A stretch of 64,000 nucleotides of DNA from Phoronis australis (GCA_002633005.1 NMRA01000019.1:444710-508709), one strand, 5' to 3'. Positions 39,561-53,600 are shown, counted from the stretch's first letter. Translations and numbers: made by a program. Notes: generated by a model from the letters alone, not told the origin.

Positions 39561-41936
39561 TCATAGTAGAGACAGTTATTTTTATCATTGCCATAAGACG
39601 TTAACAAAACCAGTCAGTGTCTGTAAGTGTAAGTGTCTACATTGCTGACGAATAAACGTCAGTTAAAATCCATTTTTATAACAATGATTCATGCCAAAGG
39701 TTTGAAATCGCGCCCCCTAAAGTGTCTTTCTTGACTTGCCCTGGTGATCACTAGAATCGATGCAATAAACTTATAGAAGTTGTTTTTTAACCTGTGTTAA
39801 TAGAACTGAAAATTGTGTGCATTTTCGTTAGTGCGAGAGTGTTCTTTTTGAATCACTGGGTTAATCATTTTTACGTTCTAAATGAAAACACAGACTACTT
39901 TCTTTAGGATTACATGTACCAAGTTACTCCGAAGAACCATTTGAGTATACGAGAAATGCCAAGTATTGTGCTCTTACTCCAAAGGGTTCGAAAGGCTCTA
40001 GCCTTGGTGCGAAGCTGTTTACTAAATTAAATATACAACTTTGCACCGTTGTGGGTAGAAACTAACGAATAAAATCTTCCTAGAGTAATCTAAATTATTT
40101 ACGGGCGTTGCAAAAATTTGTTTTCTACAATTATTCTGCTGCTAAAGTTGTAGTGTGATCTTTTGCGTCGACTTTCAACGCAATGAAATATTGCGTCACC
40201 CATTACCCTGTTTCTTTTTCCCAGATTCATCAATCCAACGTTCTCCCTCGAGATTGCGTAAACGTCACAACAAATGATTATAATTGATTTCATTTCAATA
40301 TATGTTTTTGGAATTTTGATATCAGTAAACCAAATTTTAGAACGAATTTTGCTGAGATATCATCATCTAATGGGAGATGTCGAAAAAATTCTGGAAGTGG
40401 CGCGTGTCCCGAATGCACTCTTTTCAAAACGACGACATATTTTTTTTGTTACAAAAGGCAGAGAATTATGCAAGAAAATGACATCCGATGTTTATCGTTT
40501 AAATGGTCGTAATGGGCAAGCTGAATGTCAATTAACTTCCAGATTTTGCATGCACACCCGCCGGTCTTTAACTCATGTTAATACAAGCTTCACGACAAGG
40601 TGACGAGCGTAACTATCCGGGCTGTGTGCAATTTCGAGGTCTGTCAGGGCTCAATACATAGTGGCACCTTGCTGTATTTTGACAATAGTCTTCATACAGC
40701 TAGCTGGCTAGATAGGAAGGCTCTAGCTTCGAAACAATTTTTTACTCCAAAAGTGACAACAAATTCAAAATGATGATGGGTGATGGATGACACTATAACC
40801 GGTCACATTCTTCCGTTTTCATGTGCCCATGATCTTAATATCGGCGCTATCTTCAAACCATTGTTTAGGTTGTTCCTAAAATAAATTTTTGTTCTATTGC
40901 TGTACCAACATATTAAGAAATTATACAGAAATATACAATAATTATCAGTGGTAAAGCGCAATATACAGAGTGAAGAAGTGATGATCAAGAACAATAACAG
41001 ATGAGCACAAATACGTGCAGCTTGTTGAGCATTCCGCGGCATGAAAACACTTGAGGTCGTAAAACATCCAGCGTTGTATTCTGATTTTTATGCAATTTTA
41101 CTGTAAAATTTCAAATCTCTTGCTTGTTTTTATGCATAATGTACTGTATAAAAAGTCTCATATCTAAAGTTAGAAATTATGCTTCCACGATATCACTTAA
41201 CATTTGATTTTACCATGCCGTCATTAATTCAACATAAAGTTTTAGGTTAGTGTAATGTCACGCACTTTGTATATGTAGGTTGATTCGATTTTACCTCCTT
41301 TCCATAGTTGAACAAAAGTTGATAAACCGATGTCAAGACCGGAGTTGCCACTGGTGAATGAACAGCAAACAGTTAAATGTTTGTTTGGCCTAAGTTCACC
41401 CGCTAAGTCATAAAATGGTAATTGCCGACCAAGGACACGCTTAATCCGAATTGGTCGTGTATGCTAGGCGACGACTTTGCCGACCCAAGTGCCGACCGCA
41501 GAGGTGAGTCAGCAGACGGCTCCTAGTCGACCGCTGTTGGTCGGCTGCTGGTCGGCTAGACGACCGGTCGTCGACAAATTTCCGACCTGAGTCGGACAAA
41601 AATTCGTGATGTGTGCTGTGTTTCTGTTGTAAATGCAACTTTATCATACAACTGTCTTATTGGACTGTGTGTAATTAAATACACCTTAACAAAGGCTTTA
41701 TGGTCCTGGCTGAGTACATAATTGTAAATAATAACCCCTTGTGGATCTATGATGAGCGCAGAATGATTAAAACATCTAATTACAACGTACAAGGCATTTC
41801 CCTATTTTTACACCTCATTTCTATATCTCGTCATTTCCATTCAAATGTTACATCGATAATTGGTCATCCTGTGTTGTTACGTAAAACTTTTGCCTATCTT
41901 TTTCAACAGTCTTTTCATTTCTCTTTAATTATTTCA

Positions 41937-42395
41937 TGTAGAGCTCGGGGCTGGCGAACTTGGTTGTTTCCTGTAGAGGTGGGATGTAGAGGATTCCCTG
42001 CAAGATCTGTATGGTGGTTGCTGGAGAAGATTGGTGTGCGAGGGGGAAGGAAGAAAGCTGCAATGAGAAGACTGGGCGAGACAGCTGAGAGGACATCTTG
42101 TTGGCTGTGGTACCGTCGGAATGAAGGAAGTTGGAGGCCTCAGTGATGCACAGTGGGTTGGCCGCCACTGTGGACCCACCAGTGGAGACCGTTATGGTTT
42201 AGGGTCGAAACGAGTCGAGGAAGCTGGATGCCATCTGACGACATCAAGCTACGCCTCCAACTAGTTAGTGTACGGTGGGTAGAAGAGAATCCTGGTTTAG
42301 CTGTTACGAAGAAGGGGCGACAAGACGTCAGACTACATAGAAGCCTGACAACTATTGAGGCAGATAACATCACTGTAAGTACACACATCTACTTT
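41937..42395 (+). mobile_element. 5'-truncated HERO-type (restriction-like endonuclease) non-LTR retrotransposon end
   Basis: CRARGWRTWLFPVEVGCRGFPARSVW...LGETAERTSCWLW, stop at 42146, matches the RLE C-terminus of HERO elements (EVGCRGF; AERASCWLW). Abrupt GC shift at 41937. The 3'UTR end is approximate. Confidence 0.85.
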
Positions 42396-44686
42396 TAATG
42401 TTATCTGTTGCCACAAGCAAGATAAAGGTTCCACACACAACACTAAGGTTTTCTGGCATAGTCATACACAAGCCCCATCTATTGACAAATTCAAGCAAAA
42501 AATTTGCAGACCACAAACATCAACCTCAGAAAATGTTAACCCCACACATACAAGTGAGCATATATCCATCTAATTCCAGCAAACACTTTAGATTCCAATA
42601 CTTTTAGGATGTTAAAAGACATTAGAATGCAAAAATGAGATTTTTTCTTTTCTCTAAGACCATGAAAGTTTTCAAAACTGGTATAAACCCACCTGCTATC
42701 AAAATAACTTTTAAATAAACCTAGACTTTGTCTAAGAGTTATGTGTTACGAACTTACAACATCAAGCGGAACAATTGCGTCTATATATTTTTCAAATCTA
42801 TTTCAGGTGACACACATTGTGCATCCGCGACATTATGAATTAAAAGTGGTACCTACTTGTTCCTCATTCAAACGAGAGGAAGCTTTTATGGTTTTCATTT
42901 TAACTATTAAATGCTCAGTAAAAAGTAGACTTCAAGTTTTGCTGGCGATGACACTATATTTCTTTCAAAAATAATCTGAAATTTTGAGCCCACTTTCAAA
43001 AATTAAAGTAAACTGGGCATTTCATGATTTCAAAGATTTCAAACAAAAAATAAACTTGTTAATTAATAGTTTTACAGTGATTAGCAAAGAAACATGCATA
43101 GCACAAACTGAGAGAACTGAGACCATTTACCCACTGTCTAGTCAAAGTTTGCACTTGATGACCTCTAGATTCGAGTTACAAACTCAAGATAACCAGTTCA
43201 GACTCGGATGTACAACTTTAAAGCCTACACCGAACGAGAACTAGACGAGAAGGCAGGGTACATGTAATTTAGTTCCTGCAACATGTTGAAAACATCATTG
43301 TGAACAGACTTAGAAATCACAAATTAACAAATTTTGGTTGAGGAATTATGTTTATTACATGACTTTTGTCTATGTCGCCGCAAGAATGATCCGTTAATCC
43401 ATACAGTTACAAACAGCATCCGCACACATAAGGTGTTCTATTCAATATGCCTTGGCTAGTACCAACAGCAGCTACATATTTCCACCCAGGGTACCAGCTA
43501 ATGGTCAAAACTACTGCTACTTGAATTCATCTAGTATAACAAAATTCCACTCCATTAGGGTTTTAATGCTGAGGTCATCAAGTGCAAACTAGGACGAGAC
43601 AGATACACGTAAACCATGATGATAATATAAGTGAGAACGGAATAATAAACATTTGTCTTGAGAATGGAAAATGTCAAAAGTATGATTTCGAGTACCAAGA
43701 TTAGACCCCAGTACCTAAAAATCATTTTAAGTGGGATTCAACAAAAATTATAAATTCGGATAACTTCATAACATCATATCTTAAGAGATGGTTGATCGTA
43801 TTCATATGAAAATTTTGGATACTGCGGTTTTGGGAACTGCTTTTTAAAATGTTCCACTTTTGCTAGAGGGAGCTATCAAACGTTTTTATGAAAAAACTTT
43901 TAAATTATCAAGTTGCATTAAACAAAAAAGAAATGATAATTTAGAAAACAGCAACAGCATTTTTCAGATTTCATCTTGGTTATTGTCATGAAGCGAAATT
44001 TGGTTATGTCGGCGAATACCGTTCTCAATTTTGCAATGAATGAATTTTAATTTTTGCTAAATTTTAATAAAAAAACATTGCCACGTGAAGTAATTAATGG
44101 CAGATTAGATTTTACTTTCAAAAAAACACTTTTACAGAGTTAAAATATTTAGTTATTATAAGGTCACAAACTAGATGATTACATTTTACATAATCTGGAA
44201 TATTTTGTATTGAATAATGAGTTCTAAGAAAAATAGGACGATCCTGGATAGAAAGTCTCCTCTGTCTTGGAGGCAGGCCTCGTTTTACAAACATCGAGGT
44301 TATTCTAGGAATCTTGTCGGAAAATATCACATCCACGCCATACTTCTCAACTTTATTCTACAATTTGCTGTCAGGGTTGAGGTCAATAGCACAGCAGTAA
44401 AACTTTGCTGGCATTGAAGGTCGAATACAGTTAACGCAATACAGCAAAACTTAAGAAAGCAAGGCACCAACAAATAACATGACGACAAACTCTACTGGCG
44501 AGAAAACGAGGCTAGAGAACTGCTTGATGGACGTTGCAGCACTGAGGGTAAATACTGCGAGAAAATATGTTATTTGATTTCCGATTTTATCCTAATTTGA
44601 CTTTAGCTGGGGCAAATAACCAGGTCTTTTTAAAATGAAGCAAACAAGGTAGTTGCAAACATAAGAGCATTTCCCAGTACGGATAA

Positions 44687-45254
44687 GGGCTGTTCCAGCA
44701 AAATCTGTGTGGGAGGGGGGAAGGCAACTGAAATAAAAATTTATGGGTGGTTGCGTTTGATTTGAATTCAAAATGGCTGGTGGTCGTACTTCAAAAAAAT
44801 AAAAATTTACAGGTCGTTATTGTTTCACTGGGCCATAAATGTTTGACGGTGGGTAATTTAAGTAAATTTTATAAACAATCAGCACACAATCAAAAACTGA
44901 AATAAAAACACAACTTCCAAAACGCTCCGACATTTTCACTCCCTCCGATCTCCTCATCGGCAAGCCCATAACACCAGTTAACCACAGGTGCTCGAATTTC
45001 TCAATGGCTAATGACCATATATAAGAAACATATTTTTTTCTTAGTAATGAATGACGTTAGTGGTGATGGAGGAACAGATAAACTCGAGCGCCAGTGAAGT
45101 TAACCACAAGAACAAAAAAAATACGGGTGGTTGCATTTCAAACTTATAAAAAATTACGGGTGGTAGGCTGAAGAAATAAATGAAAAATATGGGTGGTGGG
45201 TGCGAAAAAAAGGTGCCTTCCCCCCCTCCCATACAGATTTTACTGGAACAGCCC
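44687..45254. mobile_element. PIF/Harbinger-type MITE
   Basis: ~40-bp TIRs GGGCTGTTCCAGYAAAATCTGTRTGGGAGGGGGG(G)AAGGCA; TAA TSD at 44684-44686 and 45255-45257; internal GGGTGG repeats. Confidence 0.92.
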
Positions 45255-46452
45255 TAAGTCAAAATCAAAAACGTGGCAACTTCAGAACCAAATTGCATCT
45301 CAAAATGCCAACATGACGGCGTTCTGTCATTCAGCAACTTATCCAGATGAGAGGGGTTCCGAGCGTGCGATAACATCTGGCTCCTTTGTTAACTGCCCAC
45401 CACAGTCTTTTGTCCTGTATGATAACAAGCAGGCCAATTATCTTCCAGGCTTCAAATGGTTACTGAAACCTGGCAGAATAGATTGTCTTAACTTCTGTTG
45501 TAGTAGGGCGATTTTGGTGATTCAAAAACTAAACATGATCAGCATTTGACAAGGAATTCACAAATGCTATTGATTTATGTTCAAATATGTTATAACTTAA
45601 CTTTCATTTTCAGCAGCACAGCCCAGTCAGGCTGATTGCGAACTGATCATAGATTAGAGTAATTATCAAGCAAAAGAGAGCCCGCCCTCCAACCATAAAT
45701 GCCAGGATGGAGTTAATCAGTCGTGTAAGATATTGGCTACAGGGGTGATCTTCCCAACTTCTTGTTGGGCTATAGAATCGAACAATTTGGAAGCAACGGG
45801 TAAACCCAATAATGAGGATATGCACTGCAGCACTTCATGAGAGTACTTTCTAAAATTTCGGTTGAAGTACATTGAGAAATGCAGAATTAGTTGCACGCAG
45901 AAGAGTTTTAGTCTGTCTAGAGACATACAGACACACAGATGAGATGATGCGTAACTACAAAAAGTAAGCTATATCCATAGGAAAACAAGTATTAAATAAT
46001 TAAATTTCTTTTCATGTAAATATTAAAATCAAAATGTTAAAAATAATGCACTAATACAGTTTTAAATATCATTTTGCTCTTGTTTTGAGCAACTTCTTAT
46101 CGAAATCATAAAAGTCCTATTTTTGATAGCCCTTCAACCTAGAGTGAAGCATTATATTATTCCTTATGGAGTTTGGGGAGAACAGTGACTAAAGCACAGT
46201 ATCCCAAAGTTTCATAGGAATTTGATCACCCATTTATGAGATATAAAGGTCCGAAGTAAGTTAAATTTTGACATTTTTCTAGGGTCTCGCATGATGCAAT
46301 AATTCTCGCCCCATAGTATGCGACAGGCTTTACAATTTTAAATTTCTCTGACTAAGGCTTGACAATGGTGGATGTTTTATCGTCGAAACGTTTTAAAAAG
46401 AGTTGCTGTATTCATTCAAACTCTATAATAATTTGACATTAAAACAACAAAC

Positions 46453-46703
46453 CTATCAACTGCAGGATTTGAAGAGAGGACAGAGCGCTATAGATCTTCC
46501 TCATGAAGCCCTCCAGGAAGATAACCTCTGACAAACAGATGCTGAGGCTCTTCAGGTTACATGGGAAAGAGCTGAGGTCGTTGAAGTCATGTAACTGCAT
46601 AGCATTGGAGAAGTCGAGAGTCATGTACTTAACGTTGGGACACCTGTTGGCGATCTCGTGCAGGACTGAGGGGGTGATCAGCTCACAAGGTAGTTCCACG
46701 TAC
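46453..46703 (-). CDS. FipoQ: FipoQ-like exon 3
   Basis: TTTCTAG|G acceptor, G|GTTTG donor, phase 2-1. Encodes YVELPCELIT...LDFSNAMQLHDF...CLSEVIFLEGFMRKIY, the FipoQ signature. Confidence 0.95.
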
Positions 46704-48155
46704 CTAGAAACAGAGTCGTTGTCAGTACTTATTGTATGACACCATAGGCAGGGATAAACAATGAAACATCTATTCACTGAATGATAAGTATAAAAATGAT
46801 GGTATTTTACAGATGGCTATGCATGAAGTTCACTTTAAAAAAGCAAATAATTTAATTTTGCACAAGAACCACTGATGCCATCAGTTCTCTGTATCATGAA
46901 CACTGATCTAAGTTCCTTTTGTGCGGAGAAGGGCAATTACCACAGTAGCGATGACTTTACAACAATAAAACACAAGTTGAAATAATCTGCAATATCATAC
47001 ACTGAAACTAGTAATTTTTAAAGTGGTAAATAATGAACCCAATCTGCATCACAATAAAACAACTTTAGATTAAGACCACTTATGGTTACAAAATTGGCCA
47101 TTGACGCCATCTACAGGACTAACTGGGTATGATTTCATACATGGCTTCTGATGGTTGATCATTACTTGACACCAGGCTCTACAAATTGGAGATGCCAAAG
47201 ATGTGAGATCTGTCCAAAAATCAAAGCCAGTTACGGTAAAGTCGCGTAATTTTCAGACATTCAAAATTAATTCCAGTAGATCAAATTCATTTTTGGTCAA
47301 ATATCGTAGGACAAGGTATTTGTAGTGTCCATATTTGGCAGACCTTCAAAATGTGCCTTTTCAAATTTGGTGAGCTAAATCTCTTTAAAAAGTTGGCATG
47401 AGCATGATGAATAGAGAATTGTTTGTTGATGAGAAATACATTACGTATTTCCGTAACTCGCCAAAGAGGAAGGTATTATTAACTGTACACTTAAATTCAA
47501 GCCTGCTGAGCCCATTCGTGTCACTCAAGCCTTGAGGTATGAATTGTATTGAAAGAATATCGGACTTGCGCTAGGCACAAAAGGATTTGACACACAAGTT
47601 CACAGTACATTTGGTATGCTCTCCTAAATAGGAATACAACTGTGCAAAACTTTATCATGAAGAATCATAACCAAGAACGGATAAAAGAAATTGAGGCACA
47701 CACAAAAAATAGCCAACTGGATCAGATTCTGTTAAAAAATCAGCATCCGTGCTCTCGTCAATCAGATCACACTCGTCTGTTAAATTTCATAAATATAATT
47801 AATGAACTTGGTACGTACCATGGCATACACAAATTAAAAAAAATTGCCAGTCAGGGAATGTTAAAGTAGTTGGATCTGTTTGAGAATCAATGTCAAGCAT
47901 GGAACACACCTGCCTCTTTTCATCATCATTCTTCAAGTGGTTTGACAAATAGGAAGGTTGGCGAAAAAAAACAGAGGTAACAAGCATTTGTAACAGAGTG
48001 GCTCCCATCACTGCAGATGCCGAAAAGCTACACCAAGGTAGTAACATAATGTGAAGAAACTGCACATGTTCCTTCTTGAGATATTGCGCCAACATTTTTC
48101 ATGTAAAAACTTGATTTTCTCGCTGTGACCTTAATTGGGCTTCACTGTCAATGTA

Positions 48156-49901
48156 CATGTCCTGAACACATCCACTAAAACAAGAAACTGTAGGAACACC
48201 GCATTTATCCACCTTCACTCTTATCAGGCTTCTATTGTGAGTCAGCATGCGTAAATAATTGGCTGATAAGCCACCTCTGGAACTACTTTTGGCTGAATGG
48301 ATGACCAGGCCATAAAATGATAATATTAGCCAAGACCAGTTACTAATGCAACAAAGAATAATGTCGTAGTATCACCTAGCCTTGGTGGAAAGCTGTATAC
48401 TGTATTGGCTCTAATAAACGCTTAGAAAAAATCATTTCACGGGGAGGGGATTCTGATTGTAGCCTACGGCAGTTGAAAGCCGGTTTCCCAAACGGGTAAA
48501 ATCGGAAGCTAGGATTCATAAAATTTACGCTTTGTGACGAATTTTTAGCCTATGACAGTCTTTCTACAAAATTGTGGTGCATTGCTATGAACTTCCGTTG
48601 TTAAATTACGATAATTTTTCAAAAAATTGTGCTCATCACAGGGCGAAAACTTGCCGACTGATGCGTCGCCGCTGAATCGCCATCGTCAATAGGAAAACTT
48701 GTACTCTTGAATAAAAATATAGTTTCGACTCAACAAATTACCTGAAATCTTCCTGATGTTTTACAATTTTTAAAGTTCATGTGGAGTCCAGATTAATTGC
48801 GATTAAGTCCAAATGTGCGCTACATCGTACTCCACAACAAGAGAAAAATCTCTGGATGAACACACATGTTGTTGTCACGTGACGTTTGTTTTGAAGGTCG
48901 TCTGTGTATGAGAGTGAGTGAGCGTGCGTGTGCGGGTCATCGACGATAGACTTTTTTGTTACAAAAGGCGGAGGATTATGCAAGAAAATGGCGTTTACTA
49001 GATTGTTTTTCACTTAAACGGCTGTAACGTGCAAGGTGAGTGCTGGTTAACTCACAGATTTTGTGTGCACAGGCCGACTGTCGTTAGCTCTGCCGTGGAG
49101 TATTAATAGTCCAAGGCTCGATCTACATGTTGGGGACGAAATGAACTACCCGGGCTGTGTGAAATTTCTGGGTCTAACGGAGACACTGACGCAGTGGTCA
49201 GTCAGATCGCTGTATCAAGACTATAGTCAAAATCCAAATTCGTTTTATCGTGTCCCTGTCAATAATAACGGCATGTTAAAGCCTTCTTAATTTTCGTACT
49301 TCAGGAACATAACAATCACGTGTTTTGTACACATACGCGCACGCCGCAGATCACATCTCGGAAATTGCCGATTTGACGGATGACAATGAATGAACACAAT
49401 GAAATTAACAACGTCGTTTTACAGCTTGTAAGATTCATAATAAAAGTATTTTGAATATTGCAATGCATGTGTTCCAAAATCTAAATAACTTGGGTCCTAT
49501 ATTTTTGTATTAGTGCGCGCCGAATGAAAGTAATCGTGAGTGTTGCTGTGTTGCAAAATCTCTTATCCTGGGCCGATTTGAAAAATTCAAAGTTGTACTC
49601 ATATTTGTTTTCGCTCCTCTTTTCAAATATTACAGTAAAAACTACGTAAAACTCTCTCCATAAAAAGTACAGTCTGCTAGCTAGATTGTAATCAGCTGAT
49701 CATATCCGCATGAGCGAAGCCAATTATCCTCGCTCGTGACTCGATGACTAGAGCAGCCTGGCGGCATCCCTTTGATCGTGAGCCGAGTGCGACTCAGCCA
49801 AGGTGGATAAATACGGTCTAGTTCAATTTTCCATACCCCGCCGTTTACCTTAACCACTGGGGTTAGAACCAATTTTATTTAGTGGGAATGTTCATAGCAT
49901 G
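48156..49901 (-). mobile_element. ~1.75-kb non-autonomous interspersed element, copy B (inverted relative to copy A)
   Basis: Reverse complement of 14023-15769, with scattered substitutions and small indels. Confidence 0.9.
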
Positions 49902-50437
49902 AAAAAATTAAAAATTGCCACAAGGAGACACAGCAGCTGAATACAAAAATTTGTGTGCGCCGTCCCATCCATTGTAAAAGCATGTTGCAAAATTTCATGA
50001 ACATCTGCTGAAGGGTTTTAAAGACAATGCAGCAGCAGATGCAGGACAGACAGCAAAAGTCATGCTCATGTATGTGTGGGTGAATTAAAAAACTGGTCAG
50101 GGGCAAATCATTTAGGGGTGACAGCATTAACCAACACAAAAATTGGAGACGGTCAATAGAAAAATCTTATAAACAATCAGGATGTGGAGGATGTGATAAG
50201 ACACCAAAAGTTAATGGTAGGTTTGCCAAAACTGCTGGTAACTAATGGAGACAACAGTGCTAATCTGAACAACAAATCGGATGGGGGCAACTGTTAGGGG
50301 TGGGCGGGGTGAATTCTGTTGTGACTGACAGTGGGGGAGGGAAAAAGATTTTGCAGAAAAAATAGTTCTTACATGAAACATTGAAACATTTGTTTCAACA
50401 TTGAATGAATTGATATCCTTGTTTCCTAGTGTTATAC

Positions 50438-50661
50438 CTCAGAGTGGGAGCTAGGCGATAGCCAATGATGGTGAGCAGAGCCTCATAGTTGTTCACATGC
50501 AGTCCGTTGTACTCAGGGCGTAGTGATACCGCTGTCCACAGGCGATTGTCAAAGGCAAGATTCCTCCACCTACGGCAGACTAATGCAATGTGACCCAGCT
50601 CCCTCTTGTGGAGGAAGGAGAAGACATGCAGCAATAGCTTGTCTGGCAACTTGTCCATTCC
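50438..50661 (-). CDS. FipoQ: FipoQ-like exon 2 (F-box domain)
   Basis: TCTTTTCAG|GGA acceptor, AG|GTATA donor, phase 0-2. LPDKLLLHVFSFL...LVCRRWRNLAFDNRLW is an F-box, followed by VSLRPEYNGLHV. Confidence 0.95.
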
Positions 50662-53600
50662 CTGAAAAGATAAGAGTAAACCTTGAACTCGTCAATTAAC
50701 ACACAGACAGGATCTCTACAATTGCAATAATGTTTGAACAAGAAATATGAGCATAATTTAATATATGCTTATTGAAGTTTTAAAAGCATTGAATCATATG
50801 GTTATTAGGCTGAGTAACTCGAAAATTTATGTCTTCATTCTTTGAGTTGTTGATTTGAAGGAATACAAGAGCAACGCAGAGCGTTGAAATGCGCTCACAA
50901 ATGCATCGCAAATGGTGTGCTTTTAGGATTCTTTATTTGTAACAAAAAACAGGAACATGCCATATTTCATAAAAATCTATCAAGGAACTTCAGCACCTCC
51001 GTCTGCCGTCAGGTGTCTTTTAACGCAACCGTACGTGTCATTATGGAGTAAAACTATTCGATCTAAATTCAAATTAGGTTGTTTTTTGGGTGGCAAGCTC
51101 CATTAACTGAAGAGTCATTTGCACTGAATCACATAACATGATTTTATTTGAGATTTATTCATTACAACAGCGAAGCAATCTGCAGTTTCAGTCATCAAAC
51201 ATCGTTATGCTCATTTCCCTGTGGCCATCGGAATGTTTTTATTAGGGAACATCATCCAGGCATAAGGCAGTTACTGGTCATATTTCTGGTTCGAAATCGC
51301 ATTCAGTACAGGTATTCAGTACACGTAGCTCTTGCTCAAGTTCTCATGGGTTGAAGTTTGGTTGGTAGTGCCCCCCCCCCCTCCCCTGACAGCAGTACCC
51401 TCAATAATCACTGAGCAGGCATCACAGGAAATGTAATGCCTATAAGTAATAAGCTAGGGATTCAAACATCTGCTTTGCACACACTCAGAATTCTCATCAT
51501 AGACTGATATCAAGGAATGTTCCAACAGCCATCAGTCAGCTGCAACTGTACCTTACCCTGTAACATTTCTCTGCTGAAAAACTAGTGTCTCATCAATCAC
51601 CATGGGCAACACAGGGAAGGGATATTCTACACAGAAGAAAAACATAGAACTTGACCTGTTGCAAGTTTTAGTGCAAGCGGTCATTAGAAGTTGATGGAAA
51701 ATTAGTTACATACTGAAGGGCAATGCTTGGGCAAAGCCCTGTAATTTGATACACCTAGACCAGATGGAATTCACTGTTTCCAATCATCAGGCTCCCTGTG
51801 AAAGTTGCACTGCCAGTAGTAGAAGATCGTGATGTCTATCAAAGATGAGAGGAGAACCATCATGTTTAGACTAACAAGATCTCAATACAAGAGCCTATTT
51901 AACCACAACAGAAATCGTAAGGAACCAGAACCACTTGTGAAGACTAATGCCTCACACAATGGTGGGGAGGGTGACAATCAGGCTGGTGACAATGTCCACA
52001 CACTTTTTAAAGTGTATTTAAAAATACTGAGGGAGCCAACCATACATTTCAGCTTGCCGATGACTGATGTAGGTCACTAGTAAACTGTTAGTGGAAGTTA
52101 AACATTCAGAGTATGCAACAACAGGAAAACAGTGTAAAGGTAAGAAAGTTTAACCCACACAAAGTGTTGGCAATCAGTAATTAAAACTGATTTAATACCA
52201 ACTAACAACACCCAAGCCAACACAGCAGTGCTATGTTTATATTGGAGTCTAATTAAAGACGGTTAACATCAAGGTCATGTCATTTCCAGAAACCCACCAG
52301 CAGTTTTGCCACAAATGAGCAATTAACCACATTTGTGAACAACTGCCCAAAATAAAGAATCCGTTAACTCCTTCAAATTCCACATACCACCCAAAGCAGG
52401 GTATAAAAGCTTCACGCAATCAGGCATTTTCCACACGTCTAAATTCCCACTTTACCAGATTTTGCCACTGGACTGTGCACAGTTGTACATCCAAATGCAG
52501 ACACCAGATGTTTCTCTCAAGAAGGTTCAGCTATAAATGTTGGTGAGGCTTTTGATAACATGAGAGACTAATTTAGTGTAGTCAAACCCAGTGCTATTCC
52601 AAGCTCTTGTATAGCTCAAGGGAGAATCTATAAACATTGGTTGGCCATATATACATGACACCAAATGAAAGCAATAAAAAACAAGCTGAAACAATACCAG
52701 CTAAACGTTATCAAATAGTTCCTTTCATTTTTAAGAACTATTAATAGCATTGTTTGTACATACTATAAAACAGTGTTTGGTAAATTTTCAGTTATTTGCA
52801 GTAAAATAACCAGCTTTTGAAAAATGGAAAGTGATAATTTTGGCAATTATTTTTGTGTGAAATGAAGAAACAATGTAGAACTTCTCAGAGCGGCAGTGAC
52901 AGTCAGGAGGATATCAACAGAACATGTACTCAAATGATACGATTTGTTTCCCAGCAAGACTTTATGGTTTAATTGTTTATGTTCCGATTAGAAAAACATA
53001 ATAAGCCAGTTAGAATTTCTTACTATTTACCTACATTTTACTATTGTGATACTTCACATTAAGAAATGTTTCAAGATTCACTGAAGAAAAATGTATACTT
53101 TTGGAGACATTTCGAGCACATATTATGTTTATCTTGATTGTTTATTTAAGCAGACAATACTAATCAAAATCATGGTTCTGTTGGTGTTTTGAGTGCGTAC
53201 TGTCTGGTGAAAATAAACAATCGGTAAACATACGTTCATATAATTTCAATGAATCTCACCAATTTCGTACAAAACTAATTGCCAAATTTAATTTTTTTTC
53301 ATTTTGTCAAAGGTTTCTAGCACTGCTGCGAAGACCTATAATTTTTTTAAACATTGTCTAGTGATAGTCGTGGGACAGAGATTGAACTAGGAAAAGCTCT
53401 AATTTGGTGCTAATTATACCTTTTATGAAAAATGAAATTCACTTCTCCGTCATATTGTATAATGTATTGGGAGATTTTAATGTGATGTAGACCATTCATA
53501 TGCAGCCACCGTGTGACTTCCTAGAGGGTGGACTTTCCCTCGAAGGGGATGTGTCAGCAACTTAGTGGCTTGAGTGCTGGACTGGAAACTGAATGCTGCC

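Larger units (their letters stand above)
37184..41620. mobile_element. 4.4-kb TIR-bounded non-autonomous DNA transposon (CACAG-type ends, EnSpm/CACTA-like)
   Basis: ~60-bp TIRs YACAGCACACATCACGAATTTTTGTCCGAC..GGTCGGAAATT.GT.GACGACCGG; many subterminal GGTCGG/CCGACC motifs. No transposase recognised and no TSD. Confidence 0.8.

Noticed and set aside
42153-42398. Plus-strand exon ending at a GTAAGT donor
   Set aside because: Lies within the HERO 3'UTR; no homology or partner exon.
46349-46395. Possible hammerhead (CTTGACAATGG...CGAAACGTT)
   Set aside because: No CUGANGA core, weak stem II and no adjacent PLE coding remnant.
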